From Eledone cirrhosa (lineage: Eukaryota), in contig OZ024751.1 in the NCBI GenBank assembly GCA_964016885.1, positions 9,486,001-9,550,000 on the forward strand: a stretch of DNA of 64,000 nucleotides, given 5' to 3'. The translations under genes and the position numbers were made by a program. Below are positions 37,874-52,272 of this stretch, in pieces (within the stretch, counting starts at the first letter, position 1; each line of letters starts with the position of its first letter). The notes under the pieces are model-generated. The model saw nothing but the letters and a program-made list of their open reading frames with translations, searched no databases and had not been told where the DNA came from.

Positions 37874-39797
37874 ACTGGTAATTTATTGTATGTTAGCTCA
37901 ACAGTATGGAGCAGTTAATAATAGAAAAGGATACTATTTATGGTTATGTATATACTAAAACTTTTTATAGTTATATATATTTTCAACCCTAAACAGTGAA
38001 GGTCAGTAATTAATTACTACCTTATTACCAGTAAGATAAACAGCTCAATGCAATAACATCAGTTGTTCTACAGAGCAGTTATATAGAATTCACAAGAATC
38101 AAAGCTATGTTCAAAGCATTTATTAACTTACAATTGTTTCATCCAAACCTAGGCTTGGTGTCTACGGAGCATTTTTCAATGTTTTTACACATGATTGACC
38201 TCCTTTCTAACGCAAGAGACATACAGATACATATGTATATATTGATGTACAGTGGAGTGACATATATTATATTATATTACTTCCGTATAGCAATTCAAAT
38301 TCAAAGTCAAGATCAATATCAAAATTACAACAAAATTAAAATTAAAACAAAATTAAAATACATTCGGCAATTAACATAGATAATGCAAGAGGATAGTTTG
38401 TTAGTCAGATGTAGTAGTTATTGTATGCGTTAGTTATGTGTGTCTCATTTATATATGATTATTGTGTGGAAGGGTGTTACATGTAATACAAACATTTTAT
38501 GTGGGTAAGAAAGAGTATTATGGAGGTTGCAGTGGTAATAATTTCTATAGTATATATATATATATGTATACTATAGAAATTATTTTAACTGAATATTGAG
38601 ATTGTCACCAAGGCTCCAATCCAGAAAGTATCCAATTAAGTTCCTTATTTAACAAAATCAGGCAAAGGGGGTTATATTATGGCAAAAGCAAGACAAATTG
38701 AATTTAACCTGGATTTGAAATTATGTCGTAGGACCGGAAACCTTGCTCCAGTTTAAAATTAGTCGCCATTTCATTAATGTCAGCGCATAGGGGTTATCAT
38801 TAAAGAAACTTCAGAGCTGAGTGAGTCAACCTCAGAGGATTAATGATATGTCTTTTAAAGAAAACTCAGCTGGAATTGTGAAATCCACTGGGAGGAATTG
38901 TTAGCTTCGAAATTCGATAGAAAATTCAAAATACACTATTACGCGTTGCGCGGCACTCACTGTACTTTCAGTTAGAATTACGATCACTGCAGTCTCTGTA
39001 TAGCTACACGTATACACATATATGTTTGTTTGAACAATAAAAACACAAGTCACTTGTGGGTAGAGAGTTAGTCCATTGCTTTACGATCGTTTCAGAGGGT
39101 CGATTGTTCGGTGGAGATTGAAGTATCGACTAGCATGGAAGTGGATACAACCATCTCATCTGTTTTTATTCTTCAAACACACATATATGTAAATGACTCG
39201 TGATAGATTTTCCTCGAGGATACTTTAGGCGCTGCCTACCTACCACCAGAACCAATGGCCACACTGCCGATTCTCGCCGCAACCATCCTTACTAGGATAC
39301 ATTGAGTTCTAACAATATTATTAGCATCACCACAAGCAGGTGGAGTCCGATATATATATACACATATAAAGACATACACATACAGAAAAACGCACCTAAA
39401 TGTCAGTTAATGTAATACATATTCATAAGGCTATTTGACAATTTCAGAACTGCGCGATAGGTGATTAATATTCACAAAGGAACGTGGACATAGAACAACG
39501 GACATATTCGTGCAAACTTTCACATTTCGGGAATATACATCATATTTCATATAGGTTTTAGCATAAATATGCGTCTTCAATGTTTAGCTCTGTCCCTCGA
39601 CGCACATACTTCAAATAAGACGCCCACAGGGTTTATCTCTGACTGTCATCATTCTTAGATCGATAAAAGAATTTCTAGGTATTTATTGGAGAAATTCAAT
39701 TGAATGTATTCGCTCGCGTAGAAAATCTTGAGATTTCAGACAATACCAAAAACCACAATGTTTAGGTAAACACACAAACATATATACACACACACAT

Positions 39798-39901
<104 letters not shown>

Positions 39902-39978
39902 AGTCTGCAGTGTTGAGACGAGGAGACCACTAATCATCATGGGAGTACTCAATGCACGGGGAAATGTAAAGTGGACAT

Positions 39979-40080
<102 letters not shown>

Positions 40081-40163
40081 AGATATATAAAGTCAAGGAA
40101 ACACGAACCGAAAACATAAGAGGTAGCTCATTAAACATATATATATTTAATGAGCTTACATTT

Positions 40164-40235
<72 letters not shown>

Positions 40236-40366
40236 TGTATGTGTATATATATGTGTAAGTTTGAATGAATGTATTTCCTAAACAAAGTATGTGACCTATT
40301 CTTTGTGGTCGTCTTCTCATTATCTCCTAGTGCACAATTTAATTCGTGTTTAAGTGCACCCTTGAT

Positions 40367-40426
<60 letters not shown>

Positions 40427-40851
40427 ATAGTAGTAGTTGTTGTCGCTGTCGTTGTCGTTGTTGTTGTTGTTGCTTTGTTGTTGTAGTATTTCATAGTAGT
40501 AGTCCGCTTTCTTCAATAGGTGGTCCCCCGCATAGCTGATTTCATCCGGAAAGTCGAAAAAAACGGTGTCCGCTTGAAGAGGGAACCCCGTGAGGTGGAG
40601 TGGCTGTTCAGTAACGCTTTTGCGGCACCACTCAGACTAGGGTGTACTGACTGTCTCTCACCCCTCCCGTTCTTTTGCCGCTTGATCTTTCTTTCTTTTT
40701 TTTCCTTTTCATTTCCTTTTTTCTTCTTCATAGTATTATGTTTTATTTTTATTAGATACTGCTCAATTATTTTAAAATAATGCTAATAGCCCTTCATGAT
40801 ATTGTATAAACGTTCTATTTATTAAATAAAAGTTTAATCTTTTATAAACAC

Positions 40852-41062
40852 TTGTTTCTGATTTAGGCACAAGAGGAACAATTGTTGGTGGAAATCGATT
40901 ACATCGCCCCGAGTGTGTTACTGGTACTTTATTTTATCGACCACATAAGGATGAAAGGCAAACACTAATCTTGGCGAGATTCGAAATATGAACGTAAAAG
41001 GCCGTAACTCTGTGCTACAAAGCAGGTTTCCCGACGCTCTAGCGATACTGCCAATTAACCGT
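40852..41062 (-). mobile_element. Older family-B SINE
   Basis: ggtactttattttatcgacc..aaggatgaaaggcaaa..gatactgccaat, diverged. Confidence 0.75.
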
Positions 41063-41754
41063 CATCATATTCTTTTATAAATAATAAATACACTTCTAAT
41101 GTTCTAGTAACTTTTGGGTCACCATATCTCACTGTGATAAAGAATATCAAGGACCGGAGTGTTTCCTGGCTCTGAAAACAAAATGTAGTTATTATTTTGC
41201 AGTCGTTCCTATGTTAAGGATTCGTCCTAACTTTGCTCATTCTAATTGCTTCTTTTTCATGCTTAGCGTCTTGTTCATGCAGTCGTTCCTCTGTTGAGGA
41301 TGTTACATCACAAAGAAAGATCCTTAGTACTATTAAATAACTAACATTCGTCCTCACGTTGCTCGTTCTAATTGCTTCTTGTATATGTCTAGGTTCGAAA
41401 AGATTGTTTTTATTTACATGAAGTAGCTGTGACTTTCTTTGTGTTGTTGAGGAAAACAAGACTGGCATGATCATATAAAATGTTTATATGAAATACCACG
41501 TGAAATTGTTCAGAAACGAATAACATTTTCTAAGGTTATGTGTTAATGTTTTTTCTTAAGACACGGCCTTCGAATTTTGACCTGCATAACAAATTTATTA
41601 TGGAAATGTTTGCAGAAAACACAATAGGTCGTCTCAAGTAATCGTGTGTAAAACAACATTACACACACACATGTACGCGCATATAAATGCATATACATAC
41701 ACAGACACATACATACACACAGAACTCGCATATATATATATATATATATTATTA

Positions 41755-43723
41755 GAAAGTGAGTTTTTTTACAAAATGAAAAATAACCGAGGTGTCCTAC
41801 ACGAGTGAAAGTATAAAGAAAAAAAGATGAAATCGAAAATGCAACTGGAGTCTTTTTTTATAAAAAATATATATTTATTTAGTTCCTTTACCGGTTTCGC
41901 AGTTCTTCTGCTTTTCAAAAGTAGAATTGAGATGGAGGGATTGTGGTTTTCCTCACATCTAGTTGGTGTTTGAATGTTACGTCTGTTTTATATGGAAAAA
42001 AGTGGCTCGAAATGCTAGGTTTTTAGAGAAGTAATTTGGTTGGTTGGTGCCAGTTCGCGTTACAAAGTTCTTATTATATTTGCCTTCAAAGAAAGGGGCG
42101 CTCAGGTTGTTTTTTTTCATATATGAGGAAAGTTTGGTTGGTTGATGCAGTCACGTGAATAAGCACATCAGCTTCCGCGCCAGTTTGTTGTTTGAATTTC
42201 TTTTTACTTGAAAAAAGCTGGCTCACGAAGGCTTTTTTTTTTTTATAAATGTTATTTGATTGCTTATAAATGAAATTATGAAGAAGTACATTAAATTGCG
42301 CGCCCGTATTTTGGAATTTTGTTTGTAGCCATTTAGAGAATGTTGTGCCAAACAAAAGATAATGGTCAAGAAAAATGACAGTTCATCGCCAACAATTACG
42401 AGATCCGACCACTAGACAGATACCACTAAGTGCACATCTAGACATATGTGCAAGTAATAAGACACCCACATTCCAAGTCTTCCCATTTTATCCTTGCGCT
42501 GACAATACAACAGAACAAATACGAATAAATAAGGAAAATATGTTTATTCAAAAATATAGACCAGCATTAAATATAGTTTAATATACATTATGTCAACACC
42601 ATAACATGCTAACGATCCAAACAGACACATATATACACACACATATAACACCTTCTATTTTGTAAAATAAAAACCAGATCTAAATAAACCTTAATATACG
42701 TTAATACTCTAACACCTTAACATGCTAACCACACATCCCACACACACATAACTTCCTCCCCCTTTTCTACAACGGAATCATTTTCCTACACACACACACA
42801 CACACGAAAAAAAATACATATATATTCTCTCCATCTTAACATGCTAACCATACTCCCACACACACATAAACACACACACACATAACACCCATACACAAAC
42901 ACACACAACTCCCTCCCCCATTTCTACTAATAGAATCATCTTCCTACACACACACCAGCACACAAATAAACATACATATCTGTACGTTCTTTATTTCAAT
43001 AGAAAGTCTGGATTCTGACACCCCAGCACACCAGCCATATTCACTGAACCAGAACAATTCTCCCCATCCCATTTCTCTTGAACATTATCTTTTGTTTGGC
43101 ACAAAATTATCTAAAAGGCTACAAAATAAATTCCCAAATACAGGCGCGAAAGTTAATGAACTTGTTCACATGACAGTCATAATTTCATTTACAACCAATC
43201 AAATTACATTTCAGCACATCAGTCATACTCAGTACACTTCTATCCATCCCTTTTTCTTGACGATTATCTTTTGTTTGGCACAAAATTCTCTAAATGGCTA
43301 CAAAAAAAATTCCAAAATACGGGTGTGAAATTTAATGTACTTGTTCACGTGACCGTCATAGTTTTATTTATTACCAATCAAATTACATTTATAAAAATAA
43401 GCCTTCGTGAGCCACCTTTTTCTGAGTAAAAAAAAATTCAAACACAAACTGGCGCGAAAGGTGATGTACATCAACCAACGTGACTACATCAACCAATAAA
43501 ACTTCACTCATATATGAAAAAACAACCCGAGCCCCACCCCCCTCCCTTTTTTTTTAAGGCAAATATAATAAGAACTTTGTAACGCGAAGTGGCTCGAAAT
43601 GTATTATGCTTATTCACCAACCAACCAAATTACTTCTCTAAAAACCTAGCATTTCGAGTCACTTTTTTCCATTTAAAACAGAAGTAACATTCAAACAGCA
43701 ACCAGATGTGAGAAAAACCACAA
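41755..43723 (+). mobile_element. 5'-truncated PLE, GIY-YIG C-terminus with inverted pseudo-LTR
   Basis: ORF 42375..42581 reads TVHRQQLRDP..LSAHL..C..FQVFPF..R..KE..FI..P.LN. 41940-42375 mirrors ~43250-43723. Confidence 0.8.
41886..41921 (-). ncRNA. Hammerhead motif with U3-A8 covariant core
   Basis: ctt-TTGAAAA-gcag-aagaa-ctgc-GAAA-ccgg-TA^aag. Confidence 0.7.
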
Positions 43724-43831
43724 TTCAATCCGGAGCTTTGTAGTTCTATAAGAGGTGTTTCTAGACGTGTGAACAACGTTTGAAGAATTCATTTCTTAAC
43801 TTTAGGCAATCGCTATTGCGTAATCTCTTTA

Positions 43832-44325
43832 GATTTCTAGCTCTCTTAGATAGACACTTGCTCATAAATACCGCTACATCTTTAAGCGACACAAAGTAAG
43901 ACTAGGATTCTACTGCGCTAAGAATATGAAGGCCCACATCACCAACAGCCCTAAGAGCAACACCCCACTAGGGTGCTCTTGCCGTAAGCCCGAAGCTTGT
44001 CCCCTTCAAGAGCAATGTAACACACGCGCTGTAGTTTATGAAGCTGTGGTCACTTCCAACCGACCAAATCAACACAGGTGCTCAAATCCCATGTGGGTAT
44101 GGCGGAGGGACGATTTAAGGAACGCTTCCTCAACCACCAGTCGATCTTTAGGTACCCGGACAGACGTTCATCCACTAAACTCGCGAACCACATATGGGTC
44201 CCTCAAGTACTCAAGTATAGACTACTCCATTCAATGGAAAACCATCACTATGTCCAAGCCATACGCAAGGGGCAATCCGTCGTGTGGACTATGTATTGAT
44301 GAACGAATAAATATTCTAAAGAGAT
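43832..44325 (+). mobile_element. Second fragment of the Naiad family seen at 25140-26516 (GIY-YIG region)
   Basis: MKAHITNSPKSNTPLGCSCRKPEACPLQEQC..CGLCIDERINILKR, near-identical to ~25678-26175. Confidence 0.9.
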
Positions 44326-44590
44326 GGTTGCTGGACACTACGGCTTAATACGGGATGTTTGTTTACAAACACACCGAGCATTATAATAAATGTTCGGTGA
44401 ATCCATACGTACATATATATATGTGTACATGTATGTATATATATATACATATTACTGTACGTCTGTATACATATATGTATGTACGTGTACATACTTAAAT
44501 TTAAGTAACAGCCGTACTAAGAGTGGGAAATGAAATTTCGTTTCATTTTTTCTGTACACATATATATATATATATTTATGTATTTATATA

Positions 44591-44782
<192 letters not shown>

Positions 44783-45020
44783 CGGTCATTATGATGCGTG
44801 AAGGGACGACTTAGCTGACACGAAAAATAACTGCGGTAAGGAATTTTTTCTTATATCAAAGTTTGAAGGGCATCCACTGATGATTTATAAGTGCCCACCT
44901 GCATATGATCTTACAGAAAATTATGTAGGCTTCTACATAAACCGGATACATTCTCCCAACTTGTAGAAAACTTATAATGAAACAATTGTTTGGAAAGAGA
45001 GATATATTTTAATTTAGTTA

Positions 45021-45533
45021 GTGTTGTTGCTATTGTTGTTGTTGTTGCTGGTGTTGCTGTTGTTGTTTTTGTTGTTACTGTTGTTGTTGTTACTGTTGTT
45101 GTTGTTGTTGTTGTTGTTGTTATTAGTGTTGTTGTTAGTATTGTTACTGTTGTTGCTGATGTTGTTGTTGTTACTGTTGTTGTTGTTGCTGTTGTTGTTG
45201 TTACTTTTGTTGTTGGTGTTATTACTGTTGTTACTGTTGTTGCTGTTGTTGTTGTTATTACTGTTGTTGTTGTTGTTGTTGTTGTTATTGCTGTTGTTGC
45301 TGTTGTTACTGTTGTTGCTGTTGTTGTTATTACTGTTGTTGTTGAACTGTTGTTGTTGCTGTTGTTGTTGTTACTGTTGTTGTTGCTGTTGTTACTGGTG
45401 TTACTGCTGTTGTTGTTGTTACTGTTGTTGTTGTTGTTACTGATGTTGTTGTTGTTTTTGTTGCTGCTCTTGCTGTTGTTGTTGCTGTTGTTGTTGTTAC
45501 AGTTGTTGTTGTTGCTGTTGTTGCTGCTGTTAC

Positions 45534-45626
<93 letters not shown>

Positions 45627-47115
45627 GGCTGTTGTTGTTGTTGCTGTTGTTGCTGTTGTGGCTGTTGTTTTTATTGCTGCTGTTGCTGTTGTTTTTGTTA
45701 CTGTTGTTGTTGTTACTGTTGTTGCTGTTGTTGTTGTTACTGTTGGTGTTGTTGCTGTTGTTGTGGTTGTTGCTGTTGTTGCTGTTGTTGTTGTTACTGT
45801 TGTTGTTACTGTTGTTGCTGTTGTTGTTGTTACTGTTGCTGGTGTTATTGTTGTTGTTGTTACTGCTGTTGTTGTTATTGTTACTGTTGTTGCCGGTGTT
45901 GTTACTGCTGTTGGTGTTGTTGTTGTTACTCTTGTTGGTGTTGTTGTTGTTACTGTTGATGCTGTTGTTGTTACTGTTGTTACTGTTGTTGTTGTTACTG
46001 TTGTTACTGTTGTTGTTGTTAGTGTTGTTGGTGTTGTTGTTGTTACTGTTGATGCTGTTGTTGTTACTGTTGTTACTGTTGTTGTTGTTACTGTTGTTAC
46101 TGTTGTTGTTGTTACTGTTGTTTGTGTTGTTGTTGTTACTGTTGTTACTGTTGTTGTTATTGTTACAGTTTTACTGTTGTTGTTGTTACTGTTGTTGGTG
46201 TTGTTGTTGTTACTTTTGTTGTTGTTACTGCTGCTGGTATTATTGTTGTTACTGCTGTTGTTGTTGTTGTTGTTACTGCTGTTGTTATTGTTGTTGTTAC
46301 TGCTGTTGGTGTTGTTGTTGTTACTGTTGTTACTGTTGTTGTTATTGTTACTGTTTTTTACTGTTGTTGTTGTTACTGTTGTTGGTGTTGTTGTTGTTAC
46401 TTTTGTTGTTGTTACTGCTGCTGGTATTATTGTTGTTACTGCTGTTGTTGTTGTTGTTGTTACTGCTGTTGTTATTGTTGTTGTTACTGCTGTTGGTGTT
46501 GTTGTTGTTACTCTTGTTACTGTTCTTTTTGTTACTGTTGTTGCTGTTGTTGTTGTTACTGTTGTTTCACCTCTTATTACTGTTGTTGTTGTTGTTCTTG
46601 CTATTATTGCTTTTATCGTTTTATTATTTTAACAGTTGATGTTTTTGTTTTTTTTATTGCTCCTGTTGTTATTGTTTTCCTTTCTGCTGTTTTAGCTGTT
46701 ATTGTTGTCGTTGCTGTTTTAGCTCTTATTGTTGGTGTTGCTGTTTTAGTTGTTGTTGTTGTTGTTTTAGCTGCTGTTGTTGTCGTTGCTGTTTTAGCTG
46801 TTGTTGTTGTCGTCGTTGCTGTTTTAGCTGTTATTGTTGTCGTTGCTGTTTTAGTTGTTATTGTTGTAGTTGTTGTTTCAGTTGTTATTGTTGCTGTTTT
46901 AGTTGTTATTGTTGTTGTTGCTGTTTTAGCTGTTATTGATGTCGTTGCTGTTTTAGCTGTTAATGTTGTTGTTGCTGATGTAATTCGTGTTGTTGTTGCT
47001 GCTGTTTTAGCTGTTACTATTGTTGTTGATGTTGTTATTGCTGCTGTTATTGCTGTTGTTGTTACTGCAGCTGTTTTAACTGTTGTTGCTGTTTTAAATG
47101 TTGTTGTTGTTGTAC
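45021..47115. repeat. 2.1-kb degenerate (GTT)n trinucleotide array with GCT/ACT/ATT/GGT variants
   Basis: Directly visible. Pure core at ~45535-45625 and an internal ~189-bp duplication around 46170-46510. Confidence 0.95.
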
Positions 47116-47448
47116 TTGTTAGTTTTCCTTCTGTTTGCCTGTGCCGTTGTTAACATGTCCACAACGTCTACTTTAATAGTAGTTAATGATATCAGAAATA
47201 AACATGCCCAATTATCACACGCATCTTTATATCACTTCCCCCCTATCTCACTTCCCCCTCTACCACTTTCCCTTTATGGATACACTAACAACCATCAAGA
47301 TTATCGCACTCATCTCCACCAACCTAACCATCCTCCACATCAGAAACACTAATGTTTTAAACATCTTTACATCATTATTGCATTGCATCTCCACCGTACC
47401 CCCCACCCCCACTACACACAATCTCCTCTCTTTCCTCTCTCTCTCTTT

Positions 47449-47515
<67 letters not shown>

Positions 47516-47581
47516 CTCTCTCTCGCAATATTTTTCTCTCTTTCTCTCTCTCTTTATCAGTCTCCTTCTCTCTATCTATTG

Positions 47582-47642
<61 letters not shown>

Positions 47643-47664
47643 TCTCTCTCTCTCTCTTCCGCTC

Positions 47665-47703
<39 letters not shown>

Positions 47704-48052
47704 CTATCTCCCCCCTCTCTCTCTCTCCAACTAGTGTTGCAATAGAGACACGAATAATCACTAGTGCTACTAAGGAGAGGGTGGCGGGGTGGGAGTAAAA
47801 TGTAGTGAGAGCTGTTATAATAATATTCTTGAAATTAAAGTATGTTCAAGTGTTAGGATGAGAACGGCCGAGGAGAGAATTTGTGAACATTGACAACAAC
47901 CACGAGAAGAAGACCAACTAAACTCCACTGCATATGCATATACACACACTCACTGTATTATATGTATATATATATATATGTATATATGTATATATATATA
48001 TATATATACATATATACATATATATACGTATATACACACACTCACTGTATTG

Positions 48053-48107
<55 letters not shown>

Positions 48108-48154
48108 TCACTGTATTATATATATACCTATACACACACACTCACTGTATTGTT

Positions 48155-48242
<88 letters not shown>

Positions 48243-48382
48243 CACTCACTGTATTATATATATATATATATATATACACACTCACTGTATTGTATATATA
48301 TATATATATATATATACACTCACTGTATTGTATGTATATATATATATATATACATACAATACAGTGAGTGTGTGTATACACG

Positions 48383-48413
<31 letters not shown>

Positions 48414-48689
48414 ATGTGTGTGTGTGTGTGAGTGTGTGTGTGTGGGTGTGGGTGGAAGAAGAAGAGGAAAGGAAGGAGGGGTAGAAGAGGAGGAAGACCA
48501 AGAAGAATGGGAAGAGACGTGTTAACAGAAAGGATAAAATCAAAAGATGTTCTTGTTGATGATGATGATGACGATTATAATGATGATGAAGGGGAAGAGA
48601 AAAAAGAATTTGATTTGTAATACAATTAATGATAATAATGATGATAACAATAATAATAATAATGATAATAATATCAATAATAATAATAA

Positions 48690-48928
48690 TAATTGTTTCT
48701 ACTGTTGGCACAAGGCCAGCAAATAACCAGTACATTACTGGTACTTTATTTTATCGACCCCTTAAGGATGAAAGAAGAAGAAGAAGAAGAAGAAGAAGAA
48801 GAAGAAGAAGAAGAAGAAGAAGAAGAAGAAGAAGAAGAAGAAGAAGAAGAAGAAGAAGAAGAAGAAGAAGAAGAAGAAGAAGAAGAAGAAGAAGAAGAAG
48901 AAGAAGAAAAAGAAGAAGAAGAAGAAGA
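48690..48928 (-). repeat. Truncated family-B SINE fused to (GAA)n
   Basis: SINE 3' part at 48690-48773 runs into (GAA)n at 48774-48928. Confidence 0.85.
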
Positions 48929-49496
48929 ATGCCTAATATGAAAAAGGCAAGATAGTGAAATATTTGTAAAAATTACAATCGAAAAGAAGGTGTCTATGAA
49001 GGCAGTATTAATTGTAAAGAATGGAAAAAAAATACATAGTTTAGAATCTCGAGAGAAATGCTAATAGATTCCTAGTTTAAGTGGAACCATTACCGCAATT
49101 TTCACTGGAAGAATAGAAGAAATAATTGAATTTCGAAGAACCTAATGGAGAATGATTTTGAGTGACATCAAATAATATTACCTTACGAAATTTCATTTCC
49201 AAGAAGGTACCTTTTTGATTATCTGAAAGAATATGTTGTTATTGTTATTGTTATTATTCTTTCGAAATATATTCTCTCTCTATAGTTTTGTAATTTGCTG
49301 CTAGAAATATATTATAGACGTATGAGACATCTAGGGAACATTTATATCGAAGACAATCACCTTACAGAATAAAACAACTGTCAATTTTTTTCTAAAGGAA
49401 CAAAAAAAGACTCCCAAGTGTTTTCAAGAATCGCGGAGAACATATTCCATACATTAACTTATAGGACAATGGCTGTTCTGATATATATATATATAT

Positions 49497-49533
<37 letters not shown>

Positions 49534-49659
49534 CGTCCGTCGAACCTGCGGAATCAGACAGATCCACACAATGATCGAGTCTCGAGCTGTCCGCCGGGGA
49601 AACAATTGTAACACACAATAAATTAAGTTCAGATGCATCACTGAATTTTCGTTTTCTAT

Positions 49660-49749
<90 letters not shown>

Positions 49750-50195
49750 TGTGTATACATATATTTGACTGTATGTATACATATATATGACTGTGTGTGT
49801 GTGTGTGTGTGTGTGTGTGATACAATAACATATGTGAAGGAGTGAAATGTTACCTGGAAGTAAACTCCTTTGATATTACACTCAATTACTGACCCTGTGG
49901 CACTGGGTTTCATAGCTCTGCTTAAATAGAAATTACCTGGAGACACTTTTGCTACTCAACATCAGCCCCGAGTCAAAAGCGAAGCCTTTAACAGGTCTAT
50001 AGAGATGTCAAACTTTTATCGTCTTTAAAAAGAAAGGAATTAATTAATAATACAATTTCTAATGAATACCTTAATTAATCCACCTATATTATAGTTTTTT
50101 TTTTGTTTTCTTTTGTTTTGTTTCTTGCTTAGTAGTGATGTATTTATATTTGTAGATTAGCTGTTAGATAATATTGGAAATTTAGGCGAAATAAT

Positions 50196-50382
50196 TGTTT
50201 CTACTTTTGGCACAAGGCCAGCAAATACCCAGTGTATTACTGGTACTTTATTTTATCGACCCCGTAAGGATGAAAGGCAAAGTTAACCTCGGCGGGATTT
50301 GAACTCAGAATGGCAAGGGCTGTAACTCTATGCGTCGAAGCATGGCGTCCAACCCTCTACCGATACTGCCAATCAACCGCCC
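50196..50382 (-). mobile_element. Family-B SINE with ~19-bp TSD
   Basis: gaaatttaggcgaaataat (50177-50195) / gaaatttagacaaaataat (50383-50401). Confidence 0.9.
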
Positions 50383-50971
50383 GAAATTTAGACAAAATAA
50401 TGATATTTAAATGAAACAAAAGAAGGAAAAGTAAAGAAGAAAAAGTGAGAATGAAGCAACGAAAGAAAAGGAGAGAAGAGAGGAGAAGGGACAAATTCTA
50501 TACCCCAGCGACACCCACTAGTACAGTTTACCAGCCTCACATGGCCCCTACCTTAGGTGGACTTCTGTCTTCCTGATTTTACGGAGGAAATCGGCAGTAC
50601 GCGGACCAAGGACACCAGAGGTTTTGACGATGACCGGTACAAAAAGGAAGTACTCAGAGAAGTACCGGTATTTATCTATCTCCCTCTCCCCTGCATTGCG
50701 GTTGGTGGTGGTGCCAGGGTTTACGACAGAAGAAGCAAGGTAGGAGGCAGAAAACGAATCACAACACGTCGCGTCTAAATAATTAGAGATTTACCTCCAT
50801 TGAATGCAAAGTTATTCCGTGGGGACACTTACCAAAAGTATGAAGGATTAGGATATATCCAAGGATCATAAAGAACAGCACGTTTCGTTCAATCCCAATC
50901 ATTCCCATCAGATATTCATGAGAAAAACCTAGAACCTCTAGAATATATTAGACCTATATATTTAATTTATG

Positions 50972-51210
50972 TGGTCATGGATGTTATATATCTGAAAGAT
51001 TCGCTGGACAGATTTTCCGGACAAAACCAAAAGGCAAGAGACCCAGGGGTAGACCCCGAGCAAGGGGGTTGGATAACTTTCATGAGCATCGCTGGTCACG
51101 AGTGCGGATCCAGTTGGAGGCGATTGCTTATGACAGGCGCCGCTGGAAGGAATGTTTGAGGACTCTGCTTCCATGACCCTCTCAGGTATAAGTGGACGAA
51201 AAAGAAGATA
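50972..51210 (+). mobile_element. RTE LINE 3'-terminal fragment
   Basis: Frame reads ERFAGQIFRTKPKGKRPRGRPRARGLDNF..WSRV..AIAYDRRRWKECLRTLLP, a typical RTE ORF end. Confidence 0.75.
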
Positions 51211-52063
51211 ACTGGACTGAGGAAAGTGTTCTTTGTTTTGGGTATTCCATTTGTAGTCTTCAAACTATGAATTTGAATCCATTCAACGTCGACTTTAGCT
51301 TTGGTACTTCTAGTATTGATGAGCATGCATGTTCTAATAATATGCTTGGTTCGAATCCAAATGCCTCTAGTCAATACCTAGACAACTTCATTTGTGTACC
51401 TTCATATAATAATCATACTCTTGTTATGTCAGCTTCCTGAACACAAGATGTGCTAATGAAGAATTTAATTAATGTTTTCCAGCTGTTTCACATTGTCTTG
51501 AAGTTTCTGTGGATTCCACTAACTGTTGTGTATTTCTGACAATAAATATCTAAACTTATAACTGACATCTATACACTTCCTATACCTGCCAATCATTGAT
51601 CATATTAAGACACGCTATACTGTGTTAAGAGAGTGCTTCGAAAGCGAGGGCTGAATTGTATTCAGGAAGTTAACTACAATGATAACTAATGCTAATCAAC
51701 CACACAATGATGAAGCTCTAGAAACATAGGAGTTCTTAAGGGGTTTCAATGAAATGGTATTCATATAAAGCTTATTTTATATTCATGCATCCAAAATAAA
51801 TTTTTGAAGCACGAAATATACAGATAGAGGCCGAACTGCAAAATAATAAATATAAATTCAATTTTCTAAATTGAATATTAAAGTAAAGAAATTATTTTTC
51901 ATTTCAATTTTACAAACTGGACGAGTATATAGATAAGGAATATTAAATCAACATACTTCTGCTAATATAACGTCCTACACATAAATTAATATTTTATGCG
52001 CGAAACATTTTAGCAACTGCATATATGCATGCATGTATGTCCGTACTATCTCTCTCTCTCTCT

Positions 52064-52178
<115 letters not shown>

Positions 52179-52225
52179 ATAACAATGAAATAACAAATCA
52201 AGTCATTAGAGATATACTTCACTGC

Positions 52226-52272
52226 TTTACGATCGTTTCTAGATGGTGATAATACATTGTATCTATACTCAG
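52226..52272 (-). ncRNA. Decayed hammerhead motif
   Basis: CTGAGTA-tagat..atcta-GAAA-cgatcg-TA. One core mismatch and no clear stem I. Confidence 0.4.

Larger units (their letters stand above)
33275..38538 (-). mobile_element. Near full-length Naiad-type Penelope-like element with direct pseudo-LTRs
   Basis: ~440-bp direct repeats at 33275-33711 and 38086-38538, each with an HHR motif. They enclose a disrupted RT-GIY-YIG ORF and a long 3' UTR. Confidence 0.92.

Noticed and set aside
40163-40233. (GATA)n tract as another Tx1 junction
   Set aside because: No Tx1 3' end (aataaagaaa) or Tx1 coding sequence is adjacent, so it is an empty microsatellite.
40518-40590. Possible coding exon (ag|GTGGTCCCC..CCCC|gtgagg; VVPRIADFIRKVEKNGVRLKREP)
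   Set aside because: Splice-like ends exist, but there is no recognisable homology or partner exon.
44990-47153. 549-aa and 343-aa poly-Val/Leu/Cys ORFs as membrane or metal-binding proteins
   Set aside because: All plus frames are open because of the (GTT)n composition, and the phase shifts between them show no coding constraint.
48629-48955. Poly-Arg/poly-Glu ORFs
   Set aside because: These come from a (GAA)n microsatellite attached to a SINE fragment.
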